Shown piece after piece: positions 22,965-33,800 of a stretch of DNA of 64,000 nt; the first letter of the stretch is position 1, and each line of letters begins with the position of its first letter. Origin of the DNA: an uncultured Planctomycetaceae bacterium. GTDB lineage: Bacteria > Planctomycetota > Planctomycetia > Isosphaerales > Isosphaeraceae. The notes under the pieces are model-generated. The model did no database searches. It was given only the letters and a program-made list of their open reading frames with translations, and had not been told where the DNA came from. Both the position numbers and the translations under genes were made by a program. The stretch covers positions 5,056,001 to 5,120,000 of the forward strand of contig CAWIAD010000002.1 of NCBI GenBank assembly GCA_963833985.1. Direction: 5' to 3'.

Positions 22965-24964
22965 CCCATGTTTGGGGTGGGTCGCCCTAAGTCCTTGCGG
23001 CGCAAGGGGCGATTTTTCAGATTGTCACTACATCACGGTTTTTTCGTCTTCCGGTGGTGCTGGCGGCCTGAGCTCGGTTAAGCCCAGCGCCTTCAGGACC
23101 CGCCGCGCATCGGGGCAGCCTCCACTGACTCCTTGCCGTTCGGGCTGATCGTCGAGACGGAGGGTCACCACCCGGAGCGTGGAGAGAGCTTGCATCGCCC
23201 TCTCTGGAGAGAAATCTATCCCAGCGTGCTCAAGTCGGCGGTGCAATAGCCGCTGGACCAGTAATGCCAGTGCAGCTACGAAAATATGTGCTTTTACTCG
23301 TTCCTCAATCTGATGATAAATCGGCCGCATGGCCAGCACGTCCTTGAGCTGGCGAAACCCGCGCTCGACATCGCTCAGGTCCTTGTAGATCGCCACGACC
23401 TCAAGCACGCTGAGCGCTGCTTCACTCGTGGCGATCACATACTTGCCTTCGATTCCCTGCTCATTGGTCAGACCCTTCGTGTTCTCAAAGTAGCGGAAAA
23501 TCCCCTTGTCGAGGTCCCACGAATAGTAACGATAGCCATGGTTTCGTTGCAGGAGGCGCTCGGCTGCGGCGCCAATCTTCTCGGGCTGTTTCAACTTCCC
23601 TGCCGCCACACGCCCCTGCAACTTCTCGAGCGATTGATGTGTCCGCTCCATGGCCTTCTGACGCATGGCTTGCTCGTATTCGCGGCGCTCGTCGGAATCG
23701 ACGATGATTATCCGCAAACCTTCAACTCCTGACGGCACCTCTTGCGCCCGAGTGCGCGGTGGATTGGCCTTTTCCCGGGCGGTGATCCCTACCGGGCAAG
23801 AAATCCACTTGGCATCGTCGAGGGCAGCCAGCCACTTGGTCAACTTTGCGTTCCGCCTTCTCTTCACGCCCACAAGATAGCCATGCTTGTCGCCAGTGAT
23901 CGCTTCCAGATTGTCATTGGTGATCATGCCTCGATCGCCGACAAAAACGAGGCGGCTGAAACCAAATCGCTGGTGCAGATCACGAATGGCTTTCTGCACG
24001 GTCTGGTGGTCGACTTCGTTGCCGGCCCAAACGTGATGAGCGATCGGCCAGCCGCCCACCATCACCACTCCGACGATCACCTGGACGTTGTGCGGCTTGC
24101 CGTCCCGACTGTAGCCATGCTTGGCGAAGTTGGCCGGTCCAGCTCCCTCGAAGTAGGTGCTCGTGATGTCATAGAGCACCAGGTCCGGCTTGATACTGAA
24201 CAGGTCGCGAAGGCGGTGATAAAGAGCCACCTCGATCCGTTCCTTGGCGTCCACGAGTTGATCGAGGGTCCGGTACCAGGACTCCAGTTGGCGAAAGTCG
24301 ACGCGAACCCGCTTGTGCTGGTGCCAGCGAGGAACAAAACGGCGGCCTTGGCGATCACAGACGAAGTCGGTCTCCAGCCACCCCGCCAAGCCGTGTTCGC
24401 TGGCGGGGTGAATCAGGCGATTGGCAATGAGCACGAAGGCCCGGTCAGTAAACGGCACGCCTTTGGCTTTGCCGAGTGATTCGTCGAGGATGGTCCAGAG
24501 CCCGAGTTGGTCGAACAAGGCCCGGACGGCGAGGACCGGCCCCCAGGTGGAAGCGTCCAGGATGTCGAGATCCTCGTCCCCAGCGGACTCCGACTCGACA
24601 TCTTGACCGAGCAAGCGTTTTAGCTTGGGAAACAATTCCGCAAGCAGGTCCTTGCGTCCCAGATCGGCCACGGTGCGTTGCTTGACCTTACCGTTGTCGC
24701 GATAGGCTTCGACGACGCGGACGTACTCGTTCAGCGCACCGCTGGACGACCGGACTTTTATGGTTCTCAGGTACATGTCGTGAAGTATCACGACGGAACG
24801 CGCCGATTTCAAGGCGAAATCAAGGTAAATTCCGAAGTAATCGCGTCGATATTGTCACTACACTTTTCGGAAAAAAACGGGTATGCCGCTCGCCAACCCC
24901 TGGAAAATAGAGGAATTATGCGTGGCAGCAGTCGCGCGGAAGGCGATCTCACCCCAAACATGGG
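22965..24964 (-). mobile_element. IS1634-family insertion sequence, 2000 bp
   Basis: Perfect IRs CCCATGTTTGGGGTG (22965-22979) and CACCCCAAACATGGG (24950-24964); CTAG on both flanks. Confidence 0.88.
23028..24776 (-). CDS. IS1634-family transposase (intact)
   Basis: YDITSTYFEG, GYSRDGK, VGDRGM and VERGFRQLKDVLAMRPIYH...RVKAHIFV motifs. Confidence 0.93.
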   Translation of the reverse strand: MYLRTIKVRSSSGALNEYVRVVEAYRDNGKVKQRTVADLGRKDLLAELFPKLKRLLGQDVESESAGDEDLDILDASTWGPVLAVRALFDQLGLWTILDESLGKAKGVPFTDRAFVLIANRLIHPASEHGLAGWLETDFVCDRQGRRFVPRWHQHKRVRVDFRQLESWYRTLDQLVDAKERIEVALYHRLRDLFSIKPDLVLYDITSTYFEGAGPANFAKHGYSRDGKPHNVQVIVGVVMVGGWPIAHHVWAGNEVDHQTVQKAIRDLHQRFGFSRLVFVGDRGMITNDNLEAITGDKHGYLVGVKRRRNAKLTKWLAALDDAKWISCPVGITAREKANPPRTRAQEVPSGVEGLRIIIVDSDERREYEQAMRQKAMERTHQSLEKLQGRVAAGKLKQPEKIGAAAERLLQRNHGYRYYSWDLDKGIFRYFENTKGLTNEQGIEGKYVIATSEAALSVLEVVAIYKDLSDVERGFRQLKDVLAMRPIYHQIEERVKAHIFVAALALLVQRLLHRRLEHAGIDFSPERAMQALSTLRVVTLRLDDQPERQGVSGGCPDARRVLKALGLTELRPPAPPEDEKTVM

Positions 24965-25079
24965 CTAGGAGCGTAACGCTCGCTGGACTCTTCACTTGAG
25001 AACTTTATCGGTAACGCCTCAATAACCACGCGCAACCGTCTGGCCGGGGAACCGAAACGAGGACGGAGCTGAGCAGCTT

Positions 25080-25168
25080 GTAGGGTACGTCAAGCGCAGC
25101 GACCACGCACCGTTTCTTCGCCGACGATTACACACCGGTGCGTCGTCGCTGCGCTTGACGCACCCTAC
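25080..25168. repeat. GTAG-type REP doublet (REPIN-like hairpin)
   Basis: GTAGGGTACGTCAAGCGCAGCGACCACGCACCG (25080-25112) and its near-perfect inverted copy CGGTGCGTCGTCGCTGCGCTTGACGCACCCTAC (25136-25168). Confidence 0.85.
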
Positions 25169-25288
25169 GATTACTTGCAAGCAGCCTCGTGATCCAGGGC
25201 AGCTCTCTCGCCGTGCGCGGGCAAGCGTTCTCCAAACCGCTCACGACGAAGAAAATACGAAGAAAAGGAAGACAGGACTTGTTCTGCT

Positions 25289-25687
25289 TCACGGGGCCAC
25301 GTCGCCCCGCTTCAGCTCGGCGATCCTGGCGGCCACCAAGACATCGAGCAGGGGATGTGGCCCGAGCGGGTGCCCAAGCTGGAAGTCGATCTCCGGATAC
25401 CTCAGGCTGAGGTCGTCACGCGCCCTGGTCAGGTCTCGGAGCAGGTGCACTCCTGAAGACAGAAAGTAAGGAATCATCAAAACTTGCGTCGCACCACGGG
25501 CCACGCAACGGCCACCCCCGGCCGGAATATCCGGCTCTGCCAGCTCAAGAAAGCAGGCCTCCACGATCTTGAACTCGCCGCGCGCGGTCAGGCGCTCTGC
25601 CAGTGCATGCAGATCATCGTTGGCCGGCTGGTGCCGGCTGCCGTGAGCGATGAGAAGAACGGCGGTTTGCCTGTCGGGATCCGTCAT
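25289..25687 (-). CDS. Short CbiX/SirB-type sirohydrochlorin chelatase
   Basis: LLIAHGSR, CFLELAEP, PYFLSSGVHL and HPLGPHP motifs; 132 aa. Confidence 0.85.
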   Translation of the reverse strand: MTDPDRQTAVLLIAHGSRHQPANDDLHALAERLTARGEFKIVEACFLELAEPDIPAGGGRCVARGATQVLMIPYFLSSGVHLLRDLTRARDDLSLRYPEIDFQLGHPLGPHPLLDVLVAARIAELKRGDVAP

Positions 25688-25752
25688 AACATCTGCTATT
25701 GGATCAAGGCCAGATCAGGGAGGACTTCCGCTGAGGAGCGACCCTGTGTGGC

Positions 25753-28257
25753 TCACCTGGGTATCACGAACGCGGCACGCACCGGCGGCGGCATCGGCGC
25801 ATCGAGGCCGCGGACCACCTTCCAGATGATCTCGTTGAACAGGAGGTCGTCGGCACGATCCTCGGCCTCAAGGTCGAGTTTCTGCGAAACCTCCGCCAGA
25901 GGTGCGCGTGCGTGGTTCCTGGCGTTGATGTCCACCCCGGCCGGGCGGTGAACGTACGGCTGGAGGTCGGCCCGCGGCGTGAACGAGGCGAACATCGGCC
26001 GGGCCGCGGCGTCGAACTGGCTCATCGGCTCCAGGCCAAGGATCAGCTCCATGGTCCGGAGCATCGAAGAGGTGCTGTACATCGAGGAGTCAACGGCGTG
26101 TCTTTTCACGTACGGGCTGATCGCCAGGGCCACGGTGCGGTGGGCATCGACATGATCGGAACCGTTCTGGGCGTCGTCCTCCACCACGAAGATGGCCATC
26201 TCCTTCCAGAAGCGGCTCTTGCTCAGGCCCTCGACGACCCGCCCAAGCGCCAGGTCGTTGTCGCCCAGGCAGGCCAGCACTGTCGGCGATCCGGGCCGGG
26301 CGCCGGCCGTGTGGTCATTGGGTAGCCGGAGGATGCTGAGTCGCGGCATCTCGCCGGACTTCTCGAACTCCGCCAGCTCGTGCAGGAACCGCTCGGCGCG
26401 CTTGACGTCGGGATACTCCATATCGAAGGTACGGAAGAGCGGGTCGAAGTGGCCCTGTAAGGCCGCGACCGAAGTCGTTCCCGGCTCGTCGGGCGTCTTA
26501 CCGTTCTTGATGAATTCGCCGTAGCTGCGGTAGCTGACCCCCTTCTCCGCCGCGCGGTCCCAGAGATAGCCCGCCGCAGGCCGGGCGAGGGCGAATTCAC
26601 CCTCCGAGGGATAGGGCACGCGGCGATTGCCGCGGTAGGAAAGCGGCCAGGTGCGCTCGACGAAGTCGGTGGCGTAGGCCCCCATCGACCATTCATGGCC
26701 ATCCGCGCTCACCTCGCCGTCCACGTAGAAGTTGTCCAGCAGCACGAACTCGCGTGCCAGGGCGTGATGGTTCGGCGTGATCGCTTCCGGGAAGAGGCAG
26801 AGATGCGGGTCGCCCTTGCCTTCGGGCATGTCGCCGAAGACCTGGTCGTACGTTCTGTTCTCCTTGAGGATGTAGACGACGTACTTGATGGGCGAGGGCT
26901 CGCCCACCCGTCCGGGGATGGGGTGGTCCGCAGGGCCGCGCTCACCCGTGACGGCGGCCGGCGCGCCCTTGCGCAGGGGGCTGCATTCGTAGACCGTCCG
27001 GGAATGGGCCGCCATCTGGCCCGGGCCGGGCATGGGAATGACCGAGAGCGTTCCCTGGAACAGCCCGCCGATGTACTCCCGCACCGATTGACCCGAGCCC
27101 GCCGAGGTCACCGGGTTCGGCCCATCGCGGTTGGCCCGCGAGCCTGCGCCCTTGCCATTGGTGACCAGGATCGTCTTGCCGTTCCTGGCAAAGCGCACCG
27201 ACGTGGGGTGCCAGCCGGTCGGGATGAACCCCAGCGGAGTGCTGGCTCCGGGCTCCTTGACGTTGACCACGGCCAGGTGGTTGGTGTTGGCGTTGGCAAC
27301 CAGCAAGATGGATTCATCGGGCGAAAGCGCCAGCGCGCTGGGCGTGCAGCCGGCAGGCGCCGCCGGATCGATGGCCGTGCCGATCGTCTCGATCGCCTTG
27401 CCGGCCTCGGTATCGATGACGCTCACCGAGTTGCGATTGGCGTTGGCCACGTAGAGCCGCTTGCCGCCATGAGCGAGCAAGAGCTCGTTGGGATGCTCCT
27501 GGGAGGCGATCGAGCCAACCACCTTGAGCGTCTCGGTATCGACCACCGCGACCGCTGCGCTGTTCCAGAGGCTGACAAAAAGCCGCTGGCGCGCCTCGTC
27601 CCAGGCCAGGCCATAAGGGTAGGAATCGGCCGGCAGCGGAATCAGGTCGCGGATGGTCCCGGAGGCGGTGTCAAGCCGGGCCAGGGAGTGGCCGTGAACG
27701 TTGGCCGTCCAGAGCGTCCGGCCATCCGCCGACAGGGCGAGCCCGCCGGGCACGTTGAGCGTTTTCTCCGACTCCGGCGGAGGAAACGGCGTCCGGTTCG
27801 AGAGCAGGCCCGCGGCGTGGTCAAAGCGGTAAATGCGGTGATCAAACCCGCCGCCGACATAGAGCTGCTTGCCGTCCCTCGTCCAGGCCAGGCCGGCGAA
27901 CGTCTCCGGAAGCGAGACACGGCCAATCACCTTGCCGGTCTCGGCGCTGGCCGTCACCACCTCGTGCTCGCCGTAGCCCGCGTGCAGGATCGCCACGATC
28001 GGCTGGCTGGGATGCACGGCCATCTCCACCGGAAAGTCCCCCAGCCGCGTCTGCCGGCCGGCCGGCCTGAGCGACCAGCCGTTGGGCAAGAGCACCGTTC
28101 CCGCCTGAGTGAGACCTGGCCAGGTGGATTGAGGCTTTCTTCCGGAGGACGCAGGGGCAGTCTGTGCCATCACCACGAGCCCGGAGGAGGTCACGAGACC
28201 CGGCAAACCCAGAACAATCGCTGCAAGAATGAGCCTGCCGTACGGAACACCATTCAT
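25753..28257 (-). CDS. YVTN/YncE beta-propeller + phosphoesterase-family protein
   Basis: Propeller repeats (LYVANANRNSVSVID); YILKENRTYDQVFGD, SADGH, LPNDHT and EDDAQNGSDHVDAHR motifs. Start uncertain. Confidence 0.88.
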   Translation of the reverse strand: MNGVPYGRLILAAIVLGLPGLVTSSGLVVMAQTAPASSGRKPQSTWPGLTQAGTVLLPNGWSLRPAGRQTRLGDFPVEMAVHPSQPIVAILHAGYGEHEVVTASAETGKVIGRVSLPETFAGLAWTRDGKQLYVGGGFDHRIYRFDHAAGLLSNRTPFPPPESEKTLNVPGGLALSADGRTLWTANVHGHSLARLDTASGTIRDLIPLPADSYPYGLAWDEARQRLFVSLWNSAAVAVVDTETLKVVGSIASQEHPNELLLAHGGKRLYVANANRNSVSVIDTEAGKAIETIGTAIDPAAPAGCTPSALALSPDESILLVANANTNHLAVVNVKEPGASTPLGFIPTGWHPTSVRFARNGKTILVTNGKGAGSRANRDGPNPVTSAGSGQSVREYIGGLFQGTLSVIPMPGPGQMAAHSRTVYECSPLRKGAPAAVTGERGPADHPIPGRVGEPSPIKYVVYILKENRTYDQVFGDMPEGKGDPHLCLFPEAITPNHHALAREFVLLDNFYVDGEVSADGHEWSMGAYATDFVERTWPLSYRGNRRVPYPSEGEFALARPAAGYLWDRAAEKGVSYRSYGEFIKNGKTPDEPGTTSVAALQGHFDPLFRTFDMEYPDVKRAERFLHELAEFEKSGEMPRLSILRLPNDHTAGARPGSPTVLACLGDNDLALGRVVEGLSKSRFWKEMAIFVVEDDAQNGSDHVDAHRTVALAISPYVKRHAVDSSMYSTSSMLRTMELILGLEPMSQFDAAARPMFASFTPRADLQPYVHRPAGVDINARNHARAPLAEVSQKLDLEAEDRADDLLFNEIIWKVVRGLDAPMPPPVRAAFVIPR

Positions 28258-28484
28258 GAGACCAACCCCAGTGTCCTGAGATATCACGGGAAGCCGCGCG
28301 ATCACATCACCAGATACTTTGCTCAGGATACCCTGGGCACACGTACCTGAACACCCGCTCGACCTGGCCTGGTGAAAACTTTGCCAAACCTTCATCACGG
28401 GTGGTCTTGCCCCGCAATGCCGTCATCCGTTTCGATCGCGATCGGCGGCTGCCGCTCTGAACCAGGCTGCGTGTGCCGGACGGC

Positions 28485-29804
28485 TCACGGTTTCCGCGGC
28501 CGGTACCAGATCACGTTATGCGTGGCGCCGCCGATGGCGACGACATCAGGGACGCCGTCGCCGTCCAGATCTCCCCCGCGCAGGTCCTGCGCGGCGACTT
28601 CGCGGTCGAGAATGGTGCGGGTCCACTGGCGCTTTGATCGGTCAAAATCGTAGATGGAGACGCGATGGTCAGCGCCGCGGTGGCCGGCGAAGATCTCGTC
28701 GTCGCCGTCCGCATCGACGTCGGCCACCCAGAGCGCGTGGCCGTCGGCCAGGGTCGAATCGATGACGTTGCGGTCACCAAACCGGAGCAATCCCTTGTCT
28801 TTTTCCGGCCAGACGACCACCGCGCTGCCGTGCCACGGCTCGATCGTGGCCAGGAAGTGACCGCCATCCTCCCCACCCAGCCGGCCAAGGTGGACCTCGC
28901 TGCAACCGCGTTTCGGGGCGTTCCCGTCCATGCCCGAGACCAGGTGGCGCGCGGTGAGCCGGAACGAGGCGCCGTCGGTGATGACGCCCTCGCCAAGGAT
29001 GGTCACGCCCTCGTTGTCGGCGGTCAAGACCGCCGCGCGGCCCTGCGTGGCCGGCAAGGGGCGCACCTCGATCGCGTGAATCACCGGATGTTCGATCAGC
29101 GGATGCCTGCGCCACGCGGCGGTGCGGGGGTTCCCCTCGGGCTCGAAGGCGACGACTCGGGCGTCGCCAGCATAAACCGGCGGCTTCGCCCCGGGCCCGA
29201 AGATCGAAGCCACGACCAGGTCGAGCTTCGTGTCGCCGTCGACGTCGCCCCAGCGCAGGCGGTGGATGCTCGGGACATCGGCAACCGGCACGAGCGTCCA
29301 GGGATCGTCGGAGCCACTCCCCTGCACCGCCAGCACGAGCTTGCCGCGGTCCGGCTCGTTCATCTCGAAATCGTAGGCGATGGCGATCTCGGCCTTGCCA
29401 TCGCCGTCAAGATCCGCCGTGGCGCTGCTGATGATGCCGGGCGTCTGCTTGCCCGTGGAGACAATCCGCTTTTTCCAGGTCGGGTTCTCATACCAGGCGC
29501 ACGTATCCCCACCCAGCGCGATCACGTCGGGTTTCCTGTCGCCATTCAGGTCGGCGACCTCGACCTGGTAGCCGGCCGGGAAATGGGGGTCGATGACCAC
29601 GCGCTGGAAGCGCGGCTCCTCGCAGTGGCCGGTGGCCAGCGGCCAGTGGCCGGTCAAGACAGTGAGGATCATCGCAGCAGCCAGGTGCCTTCGGGAAAGC
29701 GTTCCACTCGCGGTACGTCGCACGACAATCTCTCCTGGAAACAGCTCGTCGCGTTGTCCCTTAAGTATGCTCAGCCACCGGCCCATGACCTCACCGCTCG
29801 TCAC
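28485..29804 (-). CDS. FG-GAP/VCBS-repeat beta-propeller protein
   Basis: Five DxxGDGxxD-type loops (DLNGDRKPD, DLDGDGKAE, DVDGDTKLD, DVDADGDDE, DLDGDGVPD); signal-like N terminus. Confidence 0.82.
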   Translation of the reverse strand: MTSGEVMGRWLSILKGQRDELFPGEIVVRRTASGTLSRRHLAAAMILTVLTGHWPLATGHCEEPRFQRVVIDPHFPAGYQVEVADLNGDRKPDVIALGGDTCAWYENPTWKKRIVSTGKQTPGIISSATADLDGDGKAEIAIAYDFEMNEPDRGKLVLAVQGSGSDDPWTLVPVADVPSIHRLRWGDVDGDTKLDLVVASIFGPGAKPPVYAGDARVVAFEPEGNPRTAAWRRHPLIEHPVIHAIEVRPLPATQGRAAVLTADNEGVTILGEGVITDGASFRLTARHLVSGMDGNAPKRGCSEVHLGRLGGEDGGHFLATIEPWHGSAVVVWPEKDKGLLRFGDRNVIDSTLADGHALWVADVDADGDDEIFAGHRGADHRVSIYDFDRSKRQWTRTILDREVAAQDLRGGDLDGDGVPDVVAIGGATHNVIWYRPRKP

Positions 29805-30676
29805 TCCTCAATTCCCTTCTTGCCCCACCCTGCCGGTACGCCGGCGGTGTCTTCGGGCTTGACCATCACGGCGGCCAGGTCGACGTCCTGGTTGATCTCG
29901 GACTCGGCCAGCTTGAGACGGTTCTCGAGCTGGGCAATCTTCTGCTCGAGCAGCAGCACGCGGGCCTCGAGCTCGTCGGGCCGGCGCGGTCGCGGGACTT
30001 CCGGATAGCCGAGCTGCCGCTGGAGCGCCGAGAACAGGTACATCGGGTCCCGGCCGCGGTTGGCCCGGGCAATCTTCCCCTCGCGCTCGCCGAAGAGCGT
30101 CGGATACTTCGGCTCGAACTCGGGGTTGGCCTTCCGCCGTTCCTGCACGAAATACGACGATCGCACGAAGATCAGGTCGGCAAAATCAACATCACCTAAT
30201 CGGGATTGAATAACCGAGATATAATCTTTCCAATCTTCGGTGTAGAACGGGTCGGCGGCCATCGCGACCAGCCCGCGGGTGTATCCCAGCCGGTTCCGGG
30301 ACAGCGACTCGAACTGGAAGATGAAGAGTCCCGGAAGTGACGGATTCTCGGACTTGTACTTGGCCTCCCGTTCCAGGATCAGGAGGGCCTGTTCCATGCT
30401 GAACCGGCTCATGGCGATCTCGGCCTGGTTGATGACGTGCGACTGGAAGGCCGTGAAGTAATGGCCGATCCGCGTCATGGCCGGGGCCATCAGGCCAGAG
30501 CCTTTGATCTCGGCGTAGAGGAAAGAGACGGCCAGCGGAAGCTTGGTGGTCGAGAGCAGCTCCTCACCGATCCGGGCCAGGACCTCCTGCGCGGGGAGCC
30601 CGTCAACGATGCGGTCGCGGAAGGTGTGAAAGAAGTAGACCTGCTCGATGTATTCCTCGCGCTCGAGCACAGGCAT
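29801..30676 (-). CDS. Hypothetical protein
   Basis: MPVLEREEYIEQVYFF...; strong GC3 codon bias; C-terminal coiled coil; GTGA overlap with the next gene. Confidence 0.8.
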   Translation of the reverse strand: MPVLEREEYIEQVYFFHTFRDRIVDGLPAQEVLARIGEELLSTTKLPLAVSFLYAEIKGSGLMAPAMTRIGHYFTAFQSHVINQAEIAMSRFSMEQALLILEREAKYKSENPSLPGLFIFQFESLSRNRLGYTRGLVAMAADPFYTEDWKDYISVIQSRLGDVDFADLIFVRSSYFVQERRKANPEFEPKYPTLFGEREGKIARANRGRDPMYLFSALQRQLGYPEVPRPRRPDELEARVLLLEQKIAQLENRLKLAESEINQDVDLAAVMVKPEDTAGVPAGWGKKGIEE

Positions 30677-30863
30677 GGGCAGCTCCCGGATTGCCGAAAG
30701 ATCACAAGACCCGAAGCGGTTTGTCGCCCTGGCCAGGCCGAGGCGCCTTGCCTTGGCGTTCCTGACGGACGAGCGAGCGCGACTGCGCGCGCAGTCGATC
30801 CTGGTGATGACACATCGCGACGGTGTTGATCCTATCATCCTCGGGCGGTCAAGCGACATGCCG

Positions 30864-33800
30864 CTATCGCGTGGCCGATTCGAGATCGGGTTGCTGGCTG
30901 CGGTCCTCGGCAAGCTGAGAGAGCAGTTCCCGGAGGAGGTCAAAGTCCACCGGCTTGACCAGGTGGTGCTCGAACCCCGCGGCAAGCGACGCTTCCCGGT
31001 CCTTCTCCTGACCCCAGCCGGAGAGTGCCAGGAGACGCGCCTGGCGGAGCGTGGGGTCCGCCCGAAGTCGCCGGGCCACTTCATACCCGTCCATTTCCGG
31101 CATGCCGAGATCGAGGATGATCACGTGCGGCTCGAACGTGGTGGCCAGCCCCAGCGCCGATGGCCCGTCGTACGCCACCTGGATGACATGGCCTTGAAGC
31201 ATCATCAGCAGGCTTGCCAGGCTATCCGCAGCGTCCTGGTTATCGTCGACGACGAGGATGCGGCAATGACCCTTGGCGGACTCCGGCGGCACGGGCTGTT
31301 CCCGACCGGTGCCAGACCCTGCGGACGGCTCGGTCTGCGGGCAGAGAGGGAGCCGGATCACGAATTCGCTGCCCAGACCCGGGCCGTCACTCTGGGCGGT
31401 GATCGTGCCGCCGTGCAGCAGCACCAGCTTGCGGGCGAGACCCAGGCCAATGCCCAGCCCTCCCTGTCCGCGGCGCAGGCGATTCTCGCCGTGGGCGAAC
31501 ATCTCGAAGACGTTCAGCAGCATCTCCGGCGGAATGCCAATGCCCGCGTCCCGCACCCGCAGGACCACCTCGCCATTCTCCTCATGTGCCGAGACAGAGA
31601 TCTTCCCTCCCGGCTCGGTGTACCTGATGGCGTTGTTCAGCAGGTTCCAGAGAACCTGCTCCAGCCGCGTCGGGTCGGCGTGGAGCCAGATGGGCTTACC
31701 CGGTAGCGATACGGCCAGCGCATGCTCTCGCTCGGCCACGGCCTGGCCCACGTTCTCGATGACCCGCTCCACGATCGGAGCCAGCTCCACAACCTGACGC
31801 ACCAGGTCGATGCGCCCCTGGTTGATCCGCGCCACATCCACCAGATCACCGACCAGCCGTGCGAGGTGCTTGACCAGGCGCTCGGCCATGGACCTATGCC
31901 TCTCCTGATCCGGGTCTGTGGATCGACCCATGAGACGCAGTGCGTTGGCGATGGGTGCCAGCGGGTTGCGCAGCTCGTGCGCCAGCGTTGCCAGGAACTC
32001 ATCCTTGCGACGGTCGGCCTGCCTGAGCTTTTCATAGAGCCTGGCATTCTCGATGGCGATGGCCGCCCGGTAGGCCAGGTCCTGGGCCAGCCGCAGATCA
32101 TCGGGCCCGTAGATGCGCTGGGATTCCGATGTGCCGAAGCTGATGACACCGAGCGGCCCATTGCGGCCGGGCAGCGGAACACCGATGAACGACCGCAAGC
32201 CCAGCTCCCGAACTCTTTCCAGGTGCGTTGAATCCTCAGCATGGGCCGCCAGCATCTCTTCGGTGACCCGGGGAACCAGTCTGGGCTCACCCGATCGGAG
32301 AATTGCCCAGACGCCCGAAGACGATTCGCTTCTGGGCGGATAGCAGCGATGAATGTCGCAGGCGAGCGCGACCTTGGCCGGATCGGCATGGGCCACCGCC
32401 AGGCGCCTGGGCTGTCCATCCTGGTCCGCCATGTCGACCGCGCACCAGTCGGCGAAGTGGGGCACCGCGAGCTGGGCAATCTGCTTGAGCGCGCTCTCCT
32501 CGTCCGCCAGCGTGGCCAGCGCTGCACTGGCGTCGGCGAGAAAGCGGGCTGCCTGCTCGGAGCGCTTGCGGTCGTCGATGTCGGTCGCGGTACCGAAGGA
32601 CGACAGGACCTGACCCTGATCGTCCCGGAGCCGCACCGACCGTCCCAGGAACCAGCGATAGTTGCCGTCTCGATCGCGCAGCCGATATTCACACTCGAAA
32701 GAGGTTCCTGCGTCCCGCGCTCGGCTCCAGCTTTCCTGCACCCGCTCGAGGTCGTCCGGGTGCACGACCTCTTCCCAGCTTCCAGGCTGATACGTCTCGC
32801 GCTCTGTGAGCCCGGTGTAGTCTTGCCAGCGGCGGTTCAGATAGAGCAGGCTGCCGTCGGCATTGACGATCCAGACAATCTGGGGCATCGCGTCAGCCAG
32901 GTAGCGGAAGCGATCCTCGCGTTGCCGGATCTCCTGTTCCGCCTGCTTGCGGTCGGTGATGTCGTGGAACGCCGCCACCGCCGCCACGACCCTGCCGGCG
33001 TGATCGGTCACCGGGGCCGCGTTGACGCTGATGGAGAGTTGCGTCCCATCAAGGCACACCAGCTCGATCTCCTCGTTCTGGACCATCTCGCCGTGGCGCA
33101 GTGCGCGGACCAGCGGCCGGTCTCCGGGCAGCATCCGCGTGCCATCGGCCAGCTTGCCGCTGAGATCGAGCAGATGATCGTAATCCTCCATCGGGTGTCC
33201 GGGCTCGAACTTGCCGCGGATGATACGCTCGGCCTCCTGATTGCTCAGGAAAATGCGTCCGGTCCTGGCGTCGGCCACAAGGATCCCCGCGGGAACCTGG
33301 CAGAGGATCGCCTCGGTGAACGCGTTCCTCGCCTCCAGCTCCTCCAGCAGACGGTTCCTCTGCTCCTCCAGGCGTTGCTGGCCCGTCACATCGATGCCCG
33401 AGCCGATGTAGCCCAGTAAGTTTCCATCGGCCGCCATCCAGGGTGCTCCGCGTTCGAACACCGCCCGGTACTCGCCGTCGGTGCGCCGCAGCCGATACAC
33501 CATCTCAAACGCCTGGCGCGCCTCCAGTGCAGCCGCCCGGATCTGCCGGCAACGGTCGCGGTCTTCAGGGTGCACAGAGGCTTCCCACGCCTCGCCCACC
33601 CCCTGCTTCATATCCAGCCCCGTGAAATCAAGCCACGGACGATTCAGGTACGTACACTGTTTCCTGGTATCGCAAACCCAGATGAGCACGGGCACGGCGT
33701 CGGCCATGGTCCGGAATCGCTGCTCGCTGGCCCGCAACGCCTGCTCCCGGAGCACGTTCGCGGTGACCTCAACGGCAGTCGCCAGCAGTCCGACCGACTC

